64,000 bases of DNA from Escherichia coli. GTDB taxonomy: Bacteria > Pseudomonadota > Gammaproteobacteria > Enterobacterales > Enterobacteriaceae. The stretch is taken from the NCBI RefSeq assembly GCF_001677475.2, contig NZ_CP015229.1; one strand, given 5' to 3'. The notes beneath the pieces are model-generated. The model saw only the letters and a list, made by a program, of their open reading frames with translations. It did no database searches and had not been told where the DNA came from. Below, in pieces: positions 9,237 to 19,184 of this stretch (the stretch's first letter is position 1; the number at the start of each line of letters is the position of its first letter). A program made the position numbers and the translations under genes.

Positions 9237-10768
9237 CACAGATGAACACGTTCAGTGAATCCGATGTTCTGCTGCCGTATCAGAAACGCTGGGTGGCGGA
9301 TGATTCAAAACTGAAAATCGCCGAGAAATCACGCCGTACCGGGTTAACCTGGGCGGAAGCGGCAGATGCAGCACTGACCGCATCACTGAAGAAGGAAAAC
9401 GGCGGGCGCGATCACTTTTATATCGGTTCGAATAAGGAGATGGCCCGCGAATTTATCGACGCCGTAGCGATGTGGGCGAAAGCGTTTAATGCGGCAGCGG
9501 AAGAAATCCGCGAGGAAGTGATCACCGACGAAGACATGGACATTCTGACGTTCGTCGTGTACTTCGCCAGCGGTTTTAAGGTCAAGGCGCTGTCCAGCAA
9601 TCCGGGCAACATTCGCGGGATGCAGGGGAATGTCACCATCGACGAAGCGGCGTTTCATGAAAAACTGGATGAGGTACTCAAGGCGGTCACACCACTGACC
9701 ACGTGGGGCGGTAAGGTTCGCCTTATCTCCACCCATGACGGCGTGGACAACCCGTTTAACCAGCTGATTCAGGAGAGCCGCGCAGGCAAAAAAGATTACC
9801 GTATTCACACCATCACGCTGGATGACGCCTGCAGTGACGGGCTGTACCGGCGTATCTGTCAGGTACGCGGCATGGAGTGGTCACCGGAGGCCGAGGCGGA
9901 ATGGAAAGAAGGCCTGCTGCGAAATACCGCCACCCGCGAAGACGCCCTGGAGGAATATTACTGCGTCCCGAAAAACGGCGGCGGCACGTATATCCCCCGC
10001 TCAATGCGTGAACGTGCAGCCCGTGGCACCGGAAAAGTGTTGCGCTTTACCGGCACACCGGAATTTAACGCACTGACGGAAAGCCAGCGCCGGGCAGATA
10101 TCCGGGAATGGCTGGAAACGGTGGTGCGCCCTGAACTGGAAAAACTCCCACAGAACCTGCGCCACTGTCTGGGGGAAGACTTTGCGCGTTCGGGTGACCT
10201 GACTGTGCTGGCCCCGGTGACGGTGAACGACGACACCACCCGCGAGGTGCCGTTCCTGGTTGAGCTTGCCAATGTGCCGTTTAAACAGCAGGAGCAGGTA
10301 CTGTTCTGGCTTTGCGATCGTCTGCCCCGTCGTGACGGCATCAAAATGGATGCGCGGGGGAATGGTCAGTATCTGGCAGAACAGGCGGCGGAGCGGTACG
10401 GCGACGAGGTGGAACAGGTGATGCTGTCCGTGGCGTTTTACCGTGAAAACATGCCCCGTTTCCGTGCGGCGTTTGAAGATGATGAGCTGATCCTTCCGAA
10501 GCATGAAGACGTGATCAATGACCTCGGGGCCATTCAGTTACTGCGTGGCGTTCCCGGCATTGATGATTCACGAACCAGAGGCAGCGACGGTCACAAACGT
10601 CACGGCGACGCCGCTGTGGCCATTTTCCTGGGCTTCCTTGCCAGTAAAGATGACTGCCACCGTTACGAACTGCACCGTCTGAACCGCCCGGCGAAACCGG
10701 AAGAACGCAACGCGCGCCGCCAGCTGAAGCTGACGCGCGGCCTGAAAAATGAGGGAGGTTTACTGTGA
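9233..10768 (+). CDS. terminase large subunit (Mu gp28-like)
   Basis: 511 aa; Mu-type TerL position and length; ATPase then nuclease-like halves. Confidence 0.8.
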   Translation: MTQMNTFSESDVLLPYQKRWVADDSKLKIAEKSRRTGLTWAEAADAALTASLKKENGGRDHFYIGSNKEMAREFIDAVAMWAKAFNAAAEEIREEVITDEDMDILTFVVYFASGFKVKALSSNPGNIRGMQGNVTIDEAAFHEKLDEVLKAVTPLTTWGGKVRLISTHDGVDNPFNQLIQESRAGKKDYRIHTITLDDACSDGLYRRICQVRGMEWSPEAEAEWKEGLLRNTATREDALEEYYCVPKNGGGTYIPRSMRERAARGTGKVLRFTGTPEFNALTESQRRADIREWLETVVRPELEKLPQNLRHCLGEDFARSGDLTVLAPVTVNDDTTREVPFLVELANVPFKQQEQVLFWLCDRLPRRDGIKMDARGNGQYLAEQAAERYGDEVEQVMLSVAFYRENMPRFRAAFEDDELILPKHEDVINDLGAIQLLRGVPGIDDSRTRGSDGHKRHGDAAVAIFLGFLASKDDCHRYELHRLNRPAKPEERNARRQLKLTRGLKNEGGLL

Positions 10769-12336
10769 ACCAGAAACAACAGGCCGGGGCCGCACGCCGT
10801 CTGCTGAACCCGGCAACCGGTGAGGAAGACACGCTGAAAAAAGAGGCGCTCAACGAAGCACAGGCCCGTCCGCGTCAGGCTGGCGTGCGTCCGGCCTCGC
10901 CGGGCATCAGCATCGCCTCCGGGCTGAATCCCGGCAGGCTGGCAGGCATTCTGCGCAATGCCGCCAACGGTATCACGCGTGATTTTTTTATCCTTGCCGA
11001 AGAGATGGAAGAACGCGATTTGCATTACGCCTCGGTGCTGCGCACCCGCAAGCTGACGGTGGCGGGTATTGAACCGGTGGTGGTGGCTGCCAGTGATGAC
11101 GATGCCGACGTACAGCTGGCGGATGCCATACGTGCGCTGATGGAAGCCCCGCAAATCCCCGAGCTGATGTTTGATTTGCTCGACGGGCTGGGAAAAGGCG
11201 TGGCGGTCTGTGAAATTTTGTGGAACACCCGCAACAACCACTGGGTGCCCCGTGATTATGAGTGGGTTGATCCCCGTTTTCTGAAAGCCGAAAAGCCCAC
11301 TCTGCGCCGGTTCCGCCTGCTGACTGACGATGAACCGGTGGATGGCGTACCGCTGACACCGGGAAAATTCATTGTTCACCAGCCGCGTCTGAAATCCGGT
11401 CTGCCGCTGCGTAACGGTCTGGCCCGTCTGGTGGCTGTGATGTATATGCTGAAATCCTTTACCGTGCGTGACTGGTGGGCATTTGCGGAAAAATTCGGCA
11501 TTCCGGTTACGGTGGGGAAATACGGTCCCAACGCCACGGAGGAGCAAATCCGCGTGCTGATTGATGCGATTGCCTCCATTGCCTCAGATGCCGGGTGTGC
11601 CATTCCGCAGTCCATGCAACTGGAGATGCAGGAAACCGCCAGCCGGAATAACGGCGGCGCGCTGTTCCGTGAAATGGCTGAATGGTGCGATGCGCAAATC
11701 AGTAAAGCCGTACTGGGGCAGACCATGACCACAGATAATGGCAGTTCGCGTTCACAGGCGGACGTGCACAATCAGGTGCGCATGGACATTGTGCGCTGGG
11801 ACGCGCGACAGCTGGCTAACACGCTGAATGAATATCTGGTGCGTCCCTACATCGAGGCCAACTACGGGCCACAGGCGCACTATCCCCGTGTTGTTCTGCG
11901 TATCAGTGAAGCCGAAGATCTGAAGGCGCTGACTGATGCTCTGGTGCCACTGATTGACCGGGGGATGCGGGTTCAGGAATCGGAGCTGCGGGATCGGTTC
12001 GGCCTGGCGGAACCGGACGAAGGGGCTGATGTTCTGCATCCGGTGTCTGCCGGAATGTCAGGTGATATGGCGATGAACCACGAGCGCGTCGCCCTGAACC
12101 GGGAACACCCCGACGAACTGGCACAGATGGTGGATGATGCCCTGCGTGACTGGCAGAAAACCGGCGAGGCGTTCACAAACCCGGTGCTGACACTGGCGCA
12201 GGAATGCGACAGTTTTGATGACTTTCTGAAACGCCTGCCTGAGCTTCAGGAAACGCTGAACGCGGACGACTTTGCCCTGCAACTGGCGGAGGTGTGCTTT
12301 AAGGCCCGTGCGCTGGGAGACACTGGTCATGCGTGA
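10765..12336 (+). CDS. portal protein (Mu gp29/H, DUF935-like)
   Basis: 523 aa immediately after TerL; acidic C-terminus. Confidence 0.8.
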   Translation: MNQKQQAGAARRLLNPATGEEDTLKKEALNEAQARPRQAGVRPASPGISIASGLNPGRLAGILRNAANGITRDFFILAEEMEERDLHYASVLRTRKLTVAGIEPVVVAASDDDADVQLADAIRALMEAPQIPELMFDLLDGLGKGVAVCEILWNTRNNHWVPRDYEWVDPRFLKAEKPTLRRFRLLTDDEPVDGVPLTPGKFIVHQPRLKSGLPLRNGLARLVAVMYMLKSFTVRDWWAFAEKFGIPVTVGKYGPNATEEQIRVLIDAIASIASDAGCAIPQSMQLEMQETASRNNGGALFREMAEWCDAQISKAVLGQTMTTDNGSSRSQADVHNQVRMDIVRWDARQLANTLNEYLVRPYIEANYGPQAHYPRVVLRISEAEDLKALTDALVPLIDRGMRVQESELRDRFGLAEPDEGADVLHPVSAGMSGDMAMNHERVALNREHPDELAQMVDDALRDWQKTGEAFTNPVLTLAQECDSFDDFLKRLPELQETLNADDFALQLAEVCFKARALGDTGHA

Positions 12337-13093
12337 AACCCTCATCCCGAAAGAGGCGCTGGCGTGGCTGAAGGCGAAGAAGCTGCGCCCCGGTTTTGAT
12401 TACCGGGATGTGTGGCGGGAAGAACACCGGAACAGCTTCACCGTGGCAAAAATGCTGCAACTGGATTTGTTGTCGGATGTGAAATCCCTTGTGGAAGACG
12501 CCCTGCAAAGCGGGCAGACGTTCAGCGAGTTCCGGGAGATGCTGCAACCGCTGCTGATAAAACGCGGATGGTGGGGCGTACAGGAGATGGATGATCCGCT
12601 GACGGGCGAAAGGCGCACCGTGCAACTGGGCAGCGACCGCCGCCTCCGCACGATTTTTGACACCAACATGCGCACCGCCCGCGCGGCGGGCCAGTGGGAA
12701 CGCATTCAGCGGACAAAGCGGGCCATGCCGTATCTGATTTATGAGCTGGGGCCATCCCGCGAGCACCGGGCGGAGCATGTGAAATGGGCGCGTCTGTGTC
12801 TGCCTGTAGACCACCCGTTCTGGCAGACGCATTTCGCCCCTAACGGCTGGGGCTGCAAATGCACCATCCGTCAGGTCAGCCGTGGTGAGTATGCGCAACT
12901 GGCGGCACAGGGCACCATTCACACCGAAGCGCCGGAAATCAGGACTGTCCGCTGGGTGAACAAACGTACGGGCGAAGAGGAAGAGGTGCCGGAAGGGATT
13001 GATCCGGGCTGGAACTACAATCCCGGTATAAACCGTGAGCAGGAGCTGGCGCGCCAGCTGGCGACAAAACAGGCCCGTTTTGACAGTGAGTAA
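12329..13093 (+). CDS. Mu F-like head morphogenesis protein (gp30)
   Basis: ATG at 12329 overlapping the portal stop; WGCKC motif typical of the Mu F/SPP1 gp7 family. Confidence 0.75.
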   Translation: MRETLIPKEALAWLKAKKLRPGFDYRDVWREEHRNSFTVAKMLQLDLLSDVKSLVEDALQSGQTFSEFREMLQPLLIKRGWWGVQEMDDPLTGERRTVQLGSDRRLRTIFDTNMRTARAAGQWERIQRTKRAMPYLIYELGPSREHRAEHVKWARLCLPVDHPFWQTHFAPNGWGCKCTIRQVSRGEYAQLAAQGTIHTEAPEIRTVRWVNKRTGEEEEVPEGIDPGWNYNPGINREQELARQLATKQARFDSE

Positions 13094-13168
13094 CCCTCCC
13101 GCCGTAAATCCCCCTGAAACGCATCAGAAACGCGTTTTTTATTCTGATGGCGTGAATGTGCATTCTGA

Positions 13169-13235
13169 CGTTTTTGAAGATGCTGTGGCGTTTTTGAAGG
13201 GGTTTTGAAGGGGGTATTTCCCCGTTTTCAGTGAA
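13169..13235 (+). repeat. short direct repeats GTTTT(T)GAAG x3-4 in the F-I intergenic region
   Basis: cgtttttgaag (13169), cgtttttgaagg (13189), ggttttgaaggg (13201), cgttttcagtgaag (13222). Confidence 0.6.
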
Positions 13236-13257
13236 GCCGGTAAATCCGGCTTTTTTT
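13232..13257 (+). terminator. intrinsic terminator, exact copy of the post-mor terminator
   Basis: TGAAGCCGGTAAATCCGGCTTTTTTT, identical to 5497-5522. Confidence 0.7.
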
Positions 13258-13306
13258 CTGCCTTCCGCATACTGACCGTCGGTAACCCCAGACGACGGAG
13301 ACTGAC

Positions 13307-14263
13307 ATGCAACCGGAACTGCTGGCGCTGTGTTTTTCCCTGCCAGAACCCATCCCTGAGCTGACACCTGCTCAACTGCCGGAATGGCTCGAACTTGTCC
13401 CTGCGGGTGAGTTCACCGGGCGCGATGGCCGGACGTGGATTAACCGCAATCCGCATGAGGTGGTTGCCCGTTCGTCCGGCATCAAAATTCCGGTGGATAT
13501 TGAACACGCCACCGAAATTAAAGGCCCGCGTGGTGAAGATGCTCCGGCGTATGGCTGGGTGGAAGAACTGCGGGTGACGGACAGCAGCACCATTGAAGGG
13601 CGTGTTGTCTGGAGCGAGTCCGCCCGCTGGATGCTGAGCGAGCGCCGCTACCGCTATTACAGCCCGGCGTTTTTCTTTGACGCGGAAGGCGTAGTGACGC
13701 GCCTGTCCAGCGTCGGGCTGACCAACAAACCTAACCTGGATTTTCCTGCACTGAATACGGAGAAAAACCTGATGACAGTACCTGTGCAAATCACCGGCCT
13801 GCTTGGGCTGGCTGAATCTGCCACGGTGGACGATACCGTGGCCGCCATTAAACAACTTCAGGAGAACGAACAGGTGGCGCTGAACCGCGCACAGACACCT
13901 GATCTGACGAAGTTTGTGCCGGTGGAAACCCACAATCTGGCCCTGAACCGTGCCGAAACCGCAGAACAACGCCTTCAGCAACTTGAAGAGAAGGAAGCAG
14001 AAGCGCTTGTGGATGCGGCCATCGAAGCCGGAAAAGTGGCCCCGGCAAACCGTGACATGTTCCTTGCCACCTGCCGCACGGAAGAAGGCCGCAAACAGTT
14101 TGCGGAGTACACCAGAGGCGCACAGCCGCTGGTGAACAACGACAAGCCCAGCCAGGGCAAGGATAAACCCGCGCAGACACTGACCGACACCGAACTGGCG
14201 ATGTGCCGCAGCATGGGTATTACCGGGGAAGAGTTCCTCGCCGCTAAACCGAAACAGGAGTAA
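13307..14263 (+). CDS. head maturation protease/scaffold (Mu I, gp32-like)
   Basis: 318 aa; N-terminal protease-like half and C-terminal coiled-coil scaffold-like half; precedes the major capsid gene. Confidence 0.75.
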   Translation: MQPELLALCFSLPEPIPELTPAQLPEWLELVPAGEFTGRDGRTWINRNPHEVVARSSGIKIPVDIEHATEIKGPRGEDAPAYGWVEELRVTDSSTIEGRVVWSESARWMLSERRYRYYSPAFFFDAEGVVTRLSSVGLTNKPNLDFPALNTEKNLMTVPVQITGLLGLAESATVDDTVAAIKQLQENEQVALNRAQTPDLTKFVPVETHNLALNRAETAEQRLQQLEEKEAEALVDAAIEAGKVAPANRDMFLATCRTEEGRKQFAEYTRGAQPLVNNDKPSQGKDKPAQTLTDTELAMCRSMGITGEEFLAAKPKQE

Positions 14264-14270
14264 GTAACAC

Positions 14271-15176
14271 ATGTCACAGACTATCAGTTCTGAAATCCTT
14301 CATGCACTGACCACCTGCCTGAGCGCCGCCTTTACCCGTGGACTGAGTGGTGTCGAACCGCAGTGGAATCGTATTGCTTCTGAGGTGCCGAGTTCGTCCG
14401 CCTCCAACACCTACGGCTGGATGAAAGATTTACCGGACATCAAAGAATGGGTCGGTGAGCGTCAGCTGGCAACGCTGGACGGTTATGGTTACACCATCAC
14501 CAACAAACTCTGGGAAAGTTCCATTCGCGTTAAGCGCGAACACATTGAAGATGACCAGATAGGTCAGTACAGCATTACCGCCGAACGCTATGGCCGTATG
14601 ACTGCTGTGTTCCCGGACAAGCTGTGTTACGCCCTGTTGTGTGCCGGGTTTAACACCCTGTGCTTTGACGGCCAGAACTTCTTTGATGAAGACCACCCGC
14701 TGGGCGACGGCACCTACAGCAACGTTGTCGGTACACCAGGAACGGACCAGGGCGAACCGTGGTTTCTGATTGATGAGTCGCAGGTGCTGAAACCCATCAT
14801 CTGGCAGACGCGACGCGCCTTTAAATTTGAAGCCCTGGACGATCTGAACAGCGAGCACACCTTCAAGAACCACGAGTTCCTGTACGGCGTGGACGGTCGC
14901 TGTAATGCGGGCTTCGGCTTCTGGCAGACCGCCGTCGGTTCCCGTGCAGCACTGACGGTGGAGAACTACAAAAAAGCCAATGAGTTGCTGCGGGGCATGA
15001 AGGGCACCAACGGTGAGCCGCTGGGCATCCGCCCGACCACCCTTGTGGTGGGGCCGAAAAACCGTGCGGACGCGAAGCTCATTATTGACGCCATGCTGGT
15101 TAACGGCGGCGATTCCAACATCTGGTACAAGGATGTGGAGATCGTGGACAGCCCGTACATCACCACCCCGGCATAA
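14271..15176 (+). CDS. major capsid protein (Mu T, gp34-like)
   Basis: 301 aa following protease/scaffold; followed by strong hairpins. Confidence 0.8.
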   Translation: MSQTISSEILHALTTCLSAAFTRGLSGVEPQWNRIASEVPSSSASNTYGWMKDLPDIKEWVGERQLATLDGYGYTITNKLWESSIRVKREHIEDDQIGQYSITAERYGRMTAVFPDKLCYALLCAGFNTLCFDGQNFFDEDHPLGDGTYSNVVGTPGTDQGEPWFLIDESQVLKPIIWQTRRAFKFEALDDLNSEHTFKNHEFLYGVDGRCNAGFGFWQTAVGSRAALTVENYKKANELLRGMKGTNGEPLGIRPTTLVVGPKNRADAKLIIDAMLVNGGDSNIWYKDVEIVDSPYITTPA

Positions 15177-15201
15177 CCCGTCATCCGTAATCTGTAACCC
15201 G

Positions 15202-15250
15202 CAGTTAAAAGGCGCTGCGAATGCCCTTTTAACTGCCTTTTAAAAGGCAG
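15202..15250 (+). terminator. two overlapping hairpins after the capsid gene (terminator/attenuator)
   Basis: CAGTTAAAAGG...CCCTTTTAACTG and perfect palindrome CTGCCTTTTAAAAGGCAG. Confidence 0.5.
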
Positions 15251-15254
15251 AGTC

Positions 15255-15566
15255 ATGAGTGAAAAAGCAGGAACCAAAGGCGCGAAAGCCGCAAAGAACA
15301 GCGCTGCACAGGAAAACCCGGCACCGCTGGCAGACGTTATTGTGGCTGACGGTCAGGCGAATGAACCACGTCCGGCTGAAGACCCGGTTGCTGTACAGGG
15401 TGACGCCCCTGTCCGGCTGAACGTCCGGGCCGTGTCTGAAAACGGGTTCTGGCGCTGTGGCCGTTTCTGGTCACATGCCGGTGAGAATGTGGCGGTGATC
15501 GCTGCGGTTGCCACCCGCCTGATGGCAGAGCCGAATCTGATTGTCCGGGAAGCGGAGAAAGGCTGA
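15255..15566 (+). CDS. hypothetical head-associated protein (Mu gp35 position)
   Basis: 103-aa ORF, A/E-rich N-terminus. Confidence 0.55.
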   Translation: MSEKAGTKGAKAAKNSAAQENPAPLADVIVADGQANEPRPAEDPVAVQGDAPVRLNVRAVSENGFWRCGRFWSHAGENVAVIAAVATRLMAEPNLIVREAEKG

Positions 15567-16003
15567 TGGGGTACATCACGCAGGAAGACCTGTTACGCGC
15601 GGACGGCAATCTTGTCTGGAACATGGCGATTAACCGGGAAACCAACGGGCTGGACGAGGACAAAATCCGTCAGGCCATCAGTGATGCCGAAGCGGAAATT
15701 GATTCGTTTCTGTCCCGCCGCTACCAGCTGCCGCTGGGAGTGACGGAAATCCCGCGCCCGCTGCAACGCGTGGCAGTATCGCTGGCGTTTTACTGGTTGT
15801 CAGAGCGTGACAATCAAATCACTGAGCTGATCCAGAAACGCTACGACGACGCCATTAAAACCCTGCGTGAGATGGCGAACGGCACCCGTGACCTGGGTCT
15901 GCCGACGTATGCCACCCCGGCAGAAACCGACCACGGGAAGATCATTGTAGTGGGTGCCAATGCCCGGCTGTTCACCCGTAACAACCTGAAAGGGGTGCTG
16001 TGA
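15566..16003 (+). CDS. head-tail connector/head completion protein (DUF1320-like, Mu gp36 position)
   Basis: 145 aa; ATGA start overlap; position. Confidence 0.6.
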   Translation: MGYITQEDLLRADGNLVWNMAINRETNGLDEDKIRQAISDAEAEIDSFLSRRYQLPLGVTEIPRPLQRVAVSLAFYWLSERDNQITELIQKRYDDAIKTLREMANGTRDLGLPTYATPAETDHGKIIVVGANARLFTRNNLKGVL

Positions 16004-16545
16004 TGGGGATTTCTGTACAGGTCAGCGGTGACCAGCGTCTGGAGGATATCCGCCGCGCCGTTGAAAAGCTGGCAGATGGTTCATTGCAGGCAGAGCTGCT
16101 GGAAAGCATCGGTGCGGTGGTGGAATCACAGACCCGCCGCCGCATCATCGATGAGAAAACCAGTCCGGGTGGCGAACGCTGGCCGGACTGGTCTGACGGG
16201 TACAAAAAGACCCGCCACGGCAACCAGAGTCTGCTGCGCGGTGAAGGCCATCTGCTGGAGAGTATCCAGTACATCGTGGAAAACCGTGTGGTGCGTATCG
16301 GTTCACCGCTGGATTATGCCCGCATCATGAATGACGGCTTTTCCGGCAGTGTGCCGGTCAGCGCCCACAAACGGCTTATCTCGCAGTGTTTCGGGCGGGC
16401 GCTGAAATATCCGGTCTGGCAGACCGTCGGCGCACATAACCGCATGATGAACATTCCACAACGTGAATTTCTGGGGCTGTCTTCTGCCAACCAGCAGGAG
16501 CTGCAACAGGTTATCAGTCATTTCTGGAAGGAGGTTCTGCCATGA
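16000..16545 (+). CDS. phage virion morphogenesis (tail completion) family protein
   Basis: 181 aa; pattern ...LLRGEGHLLESI...V.IGSPL.YARIMNDGF typical of that family. Confidence 0.65.
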   Translation: MMGISVQVSGDQRLEDIRRAVEKLADGSLQAELLESIGAVVESQTRRRIIDEKTSPGGERWPDWSDGYKKTRHGNQSLLRGEGHLLESIQYIVENRVVRIGSPLDYARIMNDGFSGSVPVSAHKRLISQCFGRALKYPVWQTVGAHNRMMNIPQREFLGLSSANQQELQQVISHFWKEVLP

Positions 16546-17153
16546 CAGAACAACGCCCTGAACTGCGCACACCGGGGAGCACCGTTGCGGCCGCAGAGCG
16601 CATTGTGGCCTGGCTGAAAACAGCACTTCAGGGGAAAACCCCTGACCGGGCCGACGTGGTGGAGCGTCACATCGGCCAGTTCAACAGCCCGGAAGAAGTG
16701 AAGCGCTATCTGTCCGGTCGTACCGGCTGTATCCGGGTAGCTGCCCTGCGTGTCCGGGATATCAACCCGCGCGGCGGGCTGTCCGGTCTGGTCACCTGGG
16801 TGGCTTACATCATGGCAACGGATTCGTGGGGGTATTCCCGCGACGTGCGCTGTGAAGTGCTGGCCGAAAAGGTGATCAAACGCCTGCTGTCGTCGGATGC
16901 CACAGCGGGCATGGGGGCTGAACGCATGGCCGCTGATGTGCGGGCAGACAACATTTACTCCGCCAGCCTCGACGGGCTGGGTGTCACCATGTGGGCGGTG
17001 ACGTGGGAGCAGGAATTTCAGCTGGATGAAGAGATTGATCTCGCCGCGCTCCCGGACTTCCTGCGCCTCGGAGCGACGCTGCGCAGCGGTGAACATACTG
17101 AGATTAACGACGTGATCCATGTACGGGGTGACGATGGAACAGAAACTGATTAA
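16542..17153 (+). CDS. Mu gp38-position protein (DUF1834-like)
   Basis: 203-aa ORF, overlapping start/stop with neighbours. Confidence 0.55.
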   Translation: MTEQRPELRTPGSTVAAAERIVAWLKTALQGKTPDRADVVERHIGQFNSPEEVKRYLSGRTGCIRVAALRVRDINPRGGLSGLVTWVAYIMATDSWGYSRDVRCEVLAEKVIKRLLSSDATAGMGAERMAADVRADNIYSASLDGLGVTMWAVTWEQEFQLDEEIDLAALPDFLRLGATLRSGEHTEINDVIHVRGDDGTETD

Positions 17154-17337
17154 GCCAGCGCGGGAAAACGTCCGTGTCCGTAAACCGGATGGCGCGCATT
17201 TATCCCCGGAAGGGGAACGTCTCGACGTCGGGGCGTACTGGCGACGTCGTGAAGCCGAGGGGGATGTGGTGATTGCTGATGTTCCGGCAGAAACATCCCT
17301 CCCTGAAACCAAAAATCAGAAACGAAAGAGGAAGTAA
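17134..17337 (+). CDS. small protein (DUF2635-like)
   Basis: MEQKLIKPARENVRVRKPDG...; 67 aa immediately before the sheath gene. Confidence 0.5.
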   Translation: MEQKLIKPARENVRVRKPDGAHLSPEGERLDVGAYWRRREAEGDVVIADVPAETSLPETKNQKRKRK

Positions 17338-17341
17338 ATCT

Positions 17342-18817
17342 ATGTCGCTGGGTTCAATTCCTGATGATATCCGCGTCCCGCTCGTCGTGATCGATATTGA
17401 CAATTCACAGGCGCTGGACAGTGCATCCGCGCAAAGCCGAAAAATTCTGGTCATGGGCCATGCGGTATCGTCCGGCAGCGCAGACGCCCTGTCACTGACC
17501 CGCATCACCAGTGACAGCCAGGCAGAGCAGCTTTATGGCAAAGGGTCTATGCTGGCTGAAATGCTCAAAATACTGCGTCGTGCCAACACGTACACGGAAA
17601 CCTGGGCAATGCCGGTTGCCGCACCTGTTGGCGCTGCCGCAAAAGCCACGCTGACCGTGCTGGGGACAGCAACAGAGGCCGGAACGGTGGCACTACTGAT
17701 TAACGGTGTCTCCGTTCAGGTGGGCGTGAGCGCCGGGGATACCAAAGAAAACATTGCAAAAGCCATTGCTGATGCGGTGACGAAAAAGCCTGCCACGCAG
17801 GTGGCCGCTGCGGTGAAGGATGATGCCACGGATACCGTGGAGCTGACCGTGAACTGGCACGGCGTCACCGGCAACGGTGCCGACGTTCGCCTGAACTACT
17901 ACACCGGTGAAGCCTTCCCGGCAGGTGTGAAGGTGACCGCAACCGCGTTTACCGGCGGCACCGGGACACCGGAAATGGCAGACGCCGTTGCGGCCATCGG
18001 CCCGGAGTGGTTTACCGATATCATCGCCCCGTTCACCGACACGCAAAGCCTGAACACCCTGCGTGATGAACTGCTGAACCGCTGGGGGCCGCTCAGGATG
18101 ATGGAAGCGCAGCTATGGACGGCGTTTCGTGGCACGCACGGCGAGACAGGCACGTTTGGTGAAACCCGCAATGACTGGCTGATTAGCTGTATCGGCACCA
18201 ACCTGTCACCGCATCCGGCGTGGATGTGGGCCGCGTCATACGGCGCAACGGCAGCGTATCACCTTGCCATTGACCCGGCGCGTCCGCTTCAGACGCTGGT
18301 CCTGACCGGCATTCTGCCGCCTGCGCGTAATGTTCGCTGGGATATGCCGGAACGTAACCTGCTGCTGCATGACGGCATTGCCACGCACATGGTGGACGCC
18401 GGGGATAACGTCTGCATAGAGCGTGAAATCACCATGTACCGGGTTAATCAGTACGGTGATGCGGATGTGTCGTACCTGGATGTGCAGTCGCCCGCCACGC
18501 TGGGCCGTATCCGTTACATCATCAAAAACCGTTTCTCGAACCGTTATCCGCGCCACAAGCTGGCGGATGATGACGTGCTGGACTCGCTGGATGCGGGGCA
18601 GCCGGTGATGACGCCGAAGCTGTGCACCGCAGAGCTGCTGGATATCTGCCAGACCGAACTTATCCCGGCAGGCCTTGTGGAGAACTTCAGCGATTACAGG
18701 GACACGCTTCAGGTGACACGCGACAGCAGCGATAAAAACCGCCTGAACTTTATCTGCCACCCGAATCTGGTGAACCAGCTGCGTGTGCTGGCAGGCCTGA
18801 TTCAGTTCAGAGTTTAA
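17342..18817 (+). CDS. contractile tail sheath protein (Mu L, gp39-like)
   Basis: ATG at 17342; 491 aa; MSLGSIPDDIRVPLV..IDIDNSQA N-terminus; followed by the tube gene. Confidence 0.85.
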   Translation: MSLGSIPDDIRVPLVVIDIDNSQALDSASAQSRKILVMGHAVSSGSADALSLTRITSDSQAEQLYGKGSMLAEMLKILRRANTYTETWAMPVAAPVGAAAKATLTVLGTATEAGTVALLINGVSVQVGVSAGDTKENIAKAIADAVTKKPATQVAAAVKDDATDTVELTVNWHGVTGNGADVRLNYYTGEAFPAGVKVTATAFTGGTGTPEMADAVAAIGPEWFTDIIAPFTDTQSLNTLRDELLNRWGPLRMMEAQLWTAFRGTHGETGTFGETRNDWLISCIGTNLSPHPAWMWAASYGATAAYHLAIDPARPLQTLVLTGILPPARNVRWDMPERNLLLHDGIATHMVDAGDNVCIEREITMYRVNQYGDADVSYLDVQSPATLGRIRYIIKNRFSNRYPRHKLADDDVLDSLDAGQPVMTPKLCTAELLDICQTELIPAGLVENFSDYRDTLQVTRDSSDKNRLNFICHPNLVNQLRVLAGLIQFRV

Positions 18818-18826
18818 GGGGGCCGC

Positions 18827-19183
18827 ATGGCAAAAATTCTTGGCATGGCGACCATTCGCGTGAATGGCCGCGAAATTAAAACCGAGGGGAAATCCACGCT
18901 GAATCCAGGCGGCTTCAGTCGCACCCAGCATATGGGCGGCGGCAAGGTCTGGGGCATCTCCAGCAAGATGGCCTCGCCGTCCATCAAAGTGACCATTGCG
19001 GCGGCTGCGGATATGGACGTGATTGAAATCAGCAGCTGGGAAGACGTCACGGTGATGTTCTACGGCGACAACGGCCTGAACTACATGATGACGGGGTCCG
19101 CCACGGATAACCCGGCGGAGCTGGACGAGGATTCCGGCACCATCAGTGCAAACTTTATCGGTGAAAAATGCGTGAAGGTGTGA
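18827..19183 (+). CDS. tail tube protein (Mu M, gp40-like)
   Basis: 118 aa directly after the sheath gene. Confidence 0.8.
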   Translation: MAKILGMATIRVNGREIKTEGKSTLNPGGFSRTQHMGGGKVWGISSKMASPSIKVTIAAAADMDVIEISSWEDVTVMFYGDNGLNYMMTGSATDNPAELDEDSGTISANFIGEKCVKV

Positions 19184-19184
19184 C

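Noticed and set aside
13117-13149. Resemblance of AAAAACGCGTTTC...GCGTTTCA (minus strand) to the Mu end sequence GAAAAACGCGAAAGCGTTTCACG, suggesting a relic transposon end
   Set aside because: - The match is short and AT-biased.
- It overlaps a hairpin/terminator.
- The element's real right-end sites use a different core (TTCAAGATA).
- This is probably coincidence. It is mentioned only under the intergenic-region finding.
10663-14272. Long antisense ORFs in the GC-rich Mu-like late region: 10663-11547, 12299-12922 and 13139-14272. Also 18236-19330, 19946-20662, 24965-25588 and 28800-29660
   Set aside because: - They are shadow ORFs opposite well-supported structural genes.
- Their composition is Arg/Gly/His-rich or Ser/Ala-rich low complexity.
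- They have no RBS, and their starts are often non-ATG.
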